Below are positions 60,928-64,000 of a DNA stretch of 64,000 nt, piece after piece. Origin of the DNA: Dimorphilus gyrociliatus (Eukaryota > Animalia > Annelida); contig CAJFCJ010000025.1 of NCBI GenBank assembly GCA_904063045.1, positions 620,001-684,000 of the forward strand. Reading direction: 5' to 3'. Both the position numbers and the translations under genes were made by a program. A model generated the notes under the pieces. That model was not told the origin of the DNA, ran no database searches, and saw nothing but the letters and a program-made list of their open reading frames with translations. Position 1 is the first letter of the stretch; each line of letters begins with the position of its first letter.

Positions 60928-62542
60928 TTCTGCATGTTAATTGACTGATTTACAATTTTTTAAAAGCGAGAGAAAAAGTAAAAACTTGTTGGAAAACGAT
61001 TAATTGACTAAATAGACAAAGGAGGAGTCTTTTTCCCTATATAATAGACAATGATTTAATATTTTTTCCTCTCTGTCTCTCTCTCTCTCTCTTCGCATGC
61101 TATTCTTTCCCTTTACTCTTGAAAGAAAGAAATAGCCTTAAACCGTTTTTTAATTTATTCAAACAGAAAAGTGAAAATATCTTGTTAGAGTATTAAAAGA
61201 AATAAGCTACTATAGTTAATACAATTCTTCTCTTTGGAAGGTTAATTCATTAACCTATAATTGAAAAATAATAAAGTAAAACATAATATAATTCTTATTA
61301 ACAAAGAAAAATAAGATTTCGTGACTTGACTTGGTATCTTTCCTTTAACTTTTCATTCTTTGCCCTTTTTCATCTTATCCCTGTCTCTTATTCTTTCCCA
61401 AGGTTAGAATACCAAGATTCTCTCCTTATCTACTTCTAAAACGATCATCTATTGTAAATATGATATTTATTTAGTGGGTGAGGGAGTAATAAAAGCTTTC
61501 TAGTTTTATTGATAGTATAAAGGTAGATGTAAAGGGGAATTATTTACTTTCTTATCCTTCTAATGAATTTTTAATGAAGAGAAAATTTAGATTTTTGAAA
61601 ACAACAAAAAAGAAAAAGTGAATAACATTTGTGCGATACTAGGCCTCTTGGGGTTACAACGAATACAAATACAGTGAATACAATAGTTATAAATGCTAAT
61701 TTAGAAATTTTATAAACTGGCCTAAACGTTATAAATTGATCTAGATTTATCTTTTCTCTTCTCTTTATTTATATATTATATTTAAACATTTGACAAAATG
61801 TACGTGTTTAGATAAGTAATATGAGGAGATATTCCTTGCCAAGAGAAAGTATTTAGATACTAGACAGAGAGAGGAGAGGTTAGGGAGAGGCTGGAAGAGA
61901 GAGAAAGAGAGGGAAAGAAAGAGTTAGATTATCGACGTTCCTATCCCCCAGTTACTGTCAAATTGTCAAAAAGAAATCGATAGGTTAGGACGACAGGGAT
62001 TATAACGGTTATTTGTAAGTGTAAAATTGAAGACAACTTCTCCTGCTTTAGTGGAAAAGCTCAAAACGCCGAGTAAAAACAAATCTAATAAAAATTATAG
62101 TAATAAAAGTAGAACATTTTTCCATTATCATAAAAATCTGAAGTAGATAAAGTTATAAATTCAATTCAAATCGATAAGTAGAGATGATTATATAGTTGAG
62201 AATAAATTGAAGGAAGGTAAGAAGAGAGAAAGAAGGGAGAGGGAGAAAGTTGAAAACGAAAGAGAAAGAGAGATATAGATGAATAGATAGAGAGCGGATG
62301 AGAGTTAAAACATTATTTATTAAACGGTTAATGTTTAACGACTTCATCAATATAGATAAGATTAGAGGAAACTGGTATAAAAATAGATGATACATTTTGT
62401 TAAGAGCTAAGGAAAAAAAGAGAGAAATATGGAATGAATGAATGAATGAATGACTGTTGTTTACGTCAAATAAATATGCATATATATACATATTTTGAGT
62501 ACTTAATTTTATAATTAAGTATACAGACAATGTTTCAAAAGC

Positions 62543-62568
<26 letters not shown>
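62543..62568. repeat. (AG)n microsatellite
   Basis: Directly visible. Confidence 0.95.
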
Positions 62569-62573
<5 letters not shown>

Positions 62574-64000
62574 CCAATAGTTTTAGTACATGTGTCTACC
62601 ACATGATATTTTTTTACGTTGAAATTAAAGCTAGTAATTTTAATTAATATCTTTCCATAGAAAATTCCTATTTAACAATAGAATTATATTTCATTTTTAA
62701 TGTTTTTTATTCATATAAAAATTCTCATTTATGATAATTTACAGATTAATTAATAATTTAGTAGAATATTTAAACTGTATATTTTATACGATATATAGTT
62801 TTTATACATTCTCTCATTATATTCCTCTTTTAATCATTTGTTATTAGTAGTATTATTACTATTATTATTATTATTATTCTCTTTATATTTCATCTCCCCT
62901 TCTAACTTGAACACGACATAAACTTGCATTCATTTTATTCATATATTTGTACATATAAAACCCATCATATTGATATATAAAGTATATAAAGTATATATAT
63001 ATATATATATACATTTGAAAAGATGGAAAAAAATAGGAAAAAAAAGGAAGAAAACTGGTACAGATTTTCTATGCTGCTATATTTATGCTCTCGCCTTCGC
63101 AGGTTTCTCTTGCACACACACGGTTTGTTTAGTTGTTTTTCTTTTTGTTTTCTGTAGACTTTATATAAAATGAAAAAGATAAATTATTATATAGATTATA
63201 TAATATACAATATATATATATACTGTATATATTTTATATATTTAACATGCTTATGCCATATTTAATAATAATAATAGAAACTAATTTATTCTCTTATAAT
63301 ACAGTAAAAAAATAGATTTATTTTAAAGGCAAAGTGTAATATGCATATATATATATATATTCATGTATTTCTGGTTTGTTCTTATTGATTCTAATAGAAT
63401 AGAACATTAATATTAAAAATACAACAACCAACTTTCTTACTCTTCTATATTTCTTTAGAAAGCTCTTTTTTTCATTTTAAAACAGTCTATTTATACCTTT
63501 TCGTATGTGGTGAAAAAAAAATTAACGGCTTTTCTTTTATGCCGGCCTTATGAATCTCTTCTAATTACATAATACTTCTATACTATATATATATATATAT
63601 ATACAATATATTCAAAATGTGCCTGCGTAATTCACATTCGTACATATTAAATGTAGCACTGTCTTTCTCTTCACATTTATATATATATTATTTAAATTTT
63701 AATATTCAATATGATTATACAGTTAAAAAAATAATATATAACCTTTTCCGCTGACCGGGTCAAAATTTTAATATTATAAAAATCTTAAGCCTATGATTAT
63801 GTCAGGCGAAAAAAAGTATATAAGTCAACACAAGAATTCAATACTATTCGCCTTTACAATTACTGAAGGCTGTTCTAGAAAAATATCTCGGTGAAAATTT
63901 ATTTTTTATTACTTTTTTATCTTCTTTTCTTTGTATCTAGCAATGATAATCTATTTCATGTTTTACCCATTTTATTTTACTTAAAAACGTTACTCTTCTT

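Noticed and set aside
62153-62602. 149-aa minus-strand ORF
   Set aside because: Made of (CT)n and AT-rich low complexity; no domain or coding composition.

Overview
AT-rich, very gene-dense eukaryotic (metazoan, probably lophotrochozoan) genomic DNA with canonical GT-AG introns mostly about 55-80 bp long. The compactness recalls the annelid Dimorphilus gyrociliatus, but that is an unverified impression. I spliced 17 protein-coding genes by hand: a ZNF395/704-family gene (3' end runs off the left edge), RRM2, STPG1, an SLC22 transporter, an atypical Src-family kinase, IQANK1, two tandem G-protein gamma subunits, UROD, TRAPPC5, NDUFB7, NOM1, a PHF8/KDM7 demethylase, SRP54, FAH, an EGF/FN3 receptor tyrosine phosphatase and CSPP1. 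Fourteen loci form seven head-to-head pairs. I recognised no rRNA, tRNA, CRISPR array or transposon. The most interesting observations are: (i) a Src-family kinase with intact catalytic motifs that lacks both the activation-loop Tyr (Y416 equivalent) and the conserved linker Trp (W260 equivalent); (ii) two complete, divergent G-gamma ORFs that appear to be alternative last exons of one non-coding leader; (iii) frame-preserving microexons hidden in long introns of the KDM7 and CSPP1 genes; (iv) a CSPP1 gene with a one-repeat-per-exon array and an apparent internal ATG exon. Gene identities come from remembered family motifs, not database searches, and exon boundaries were read by eye and may be off by a few bases.
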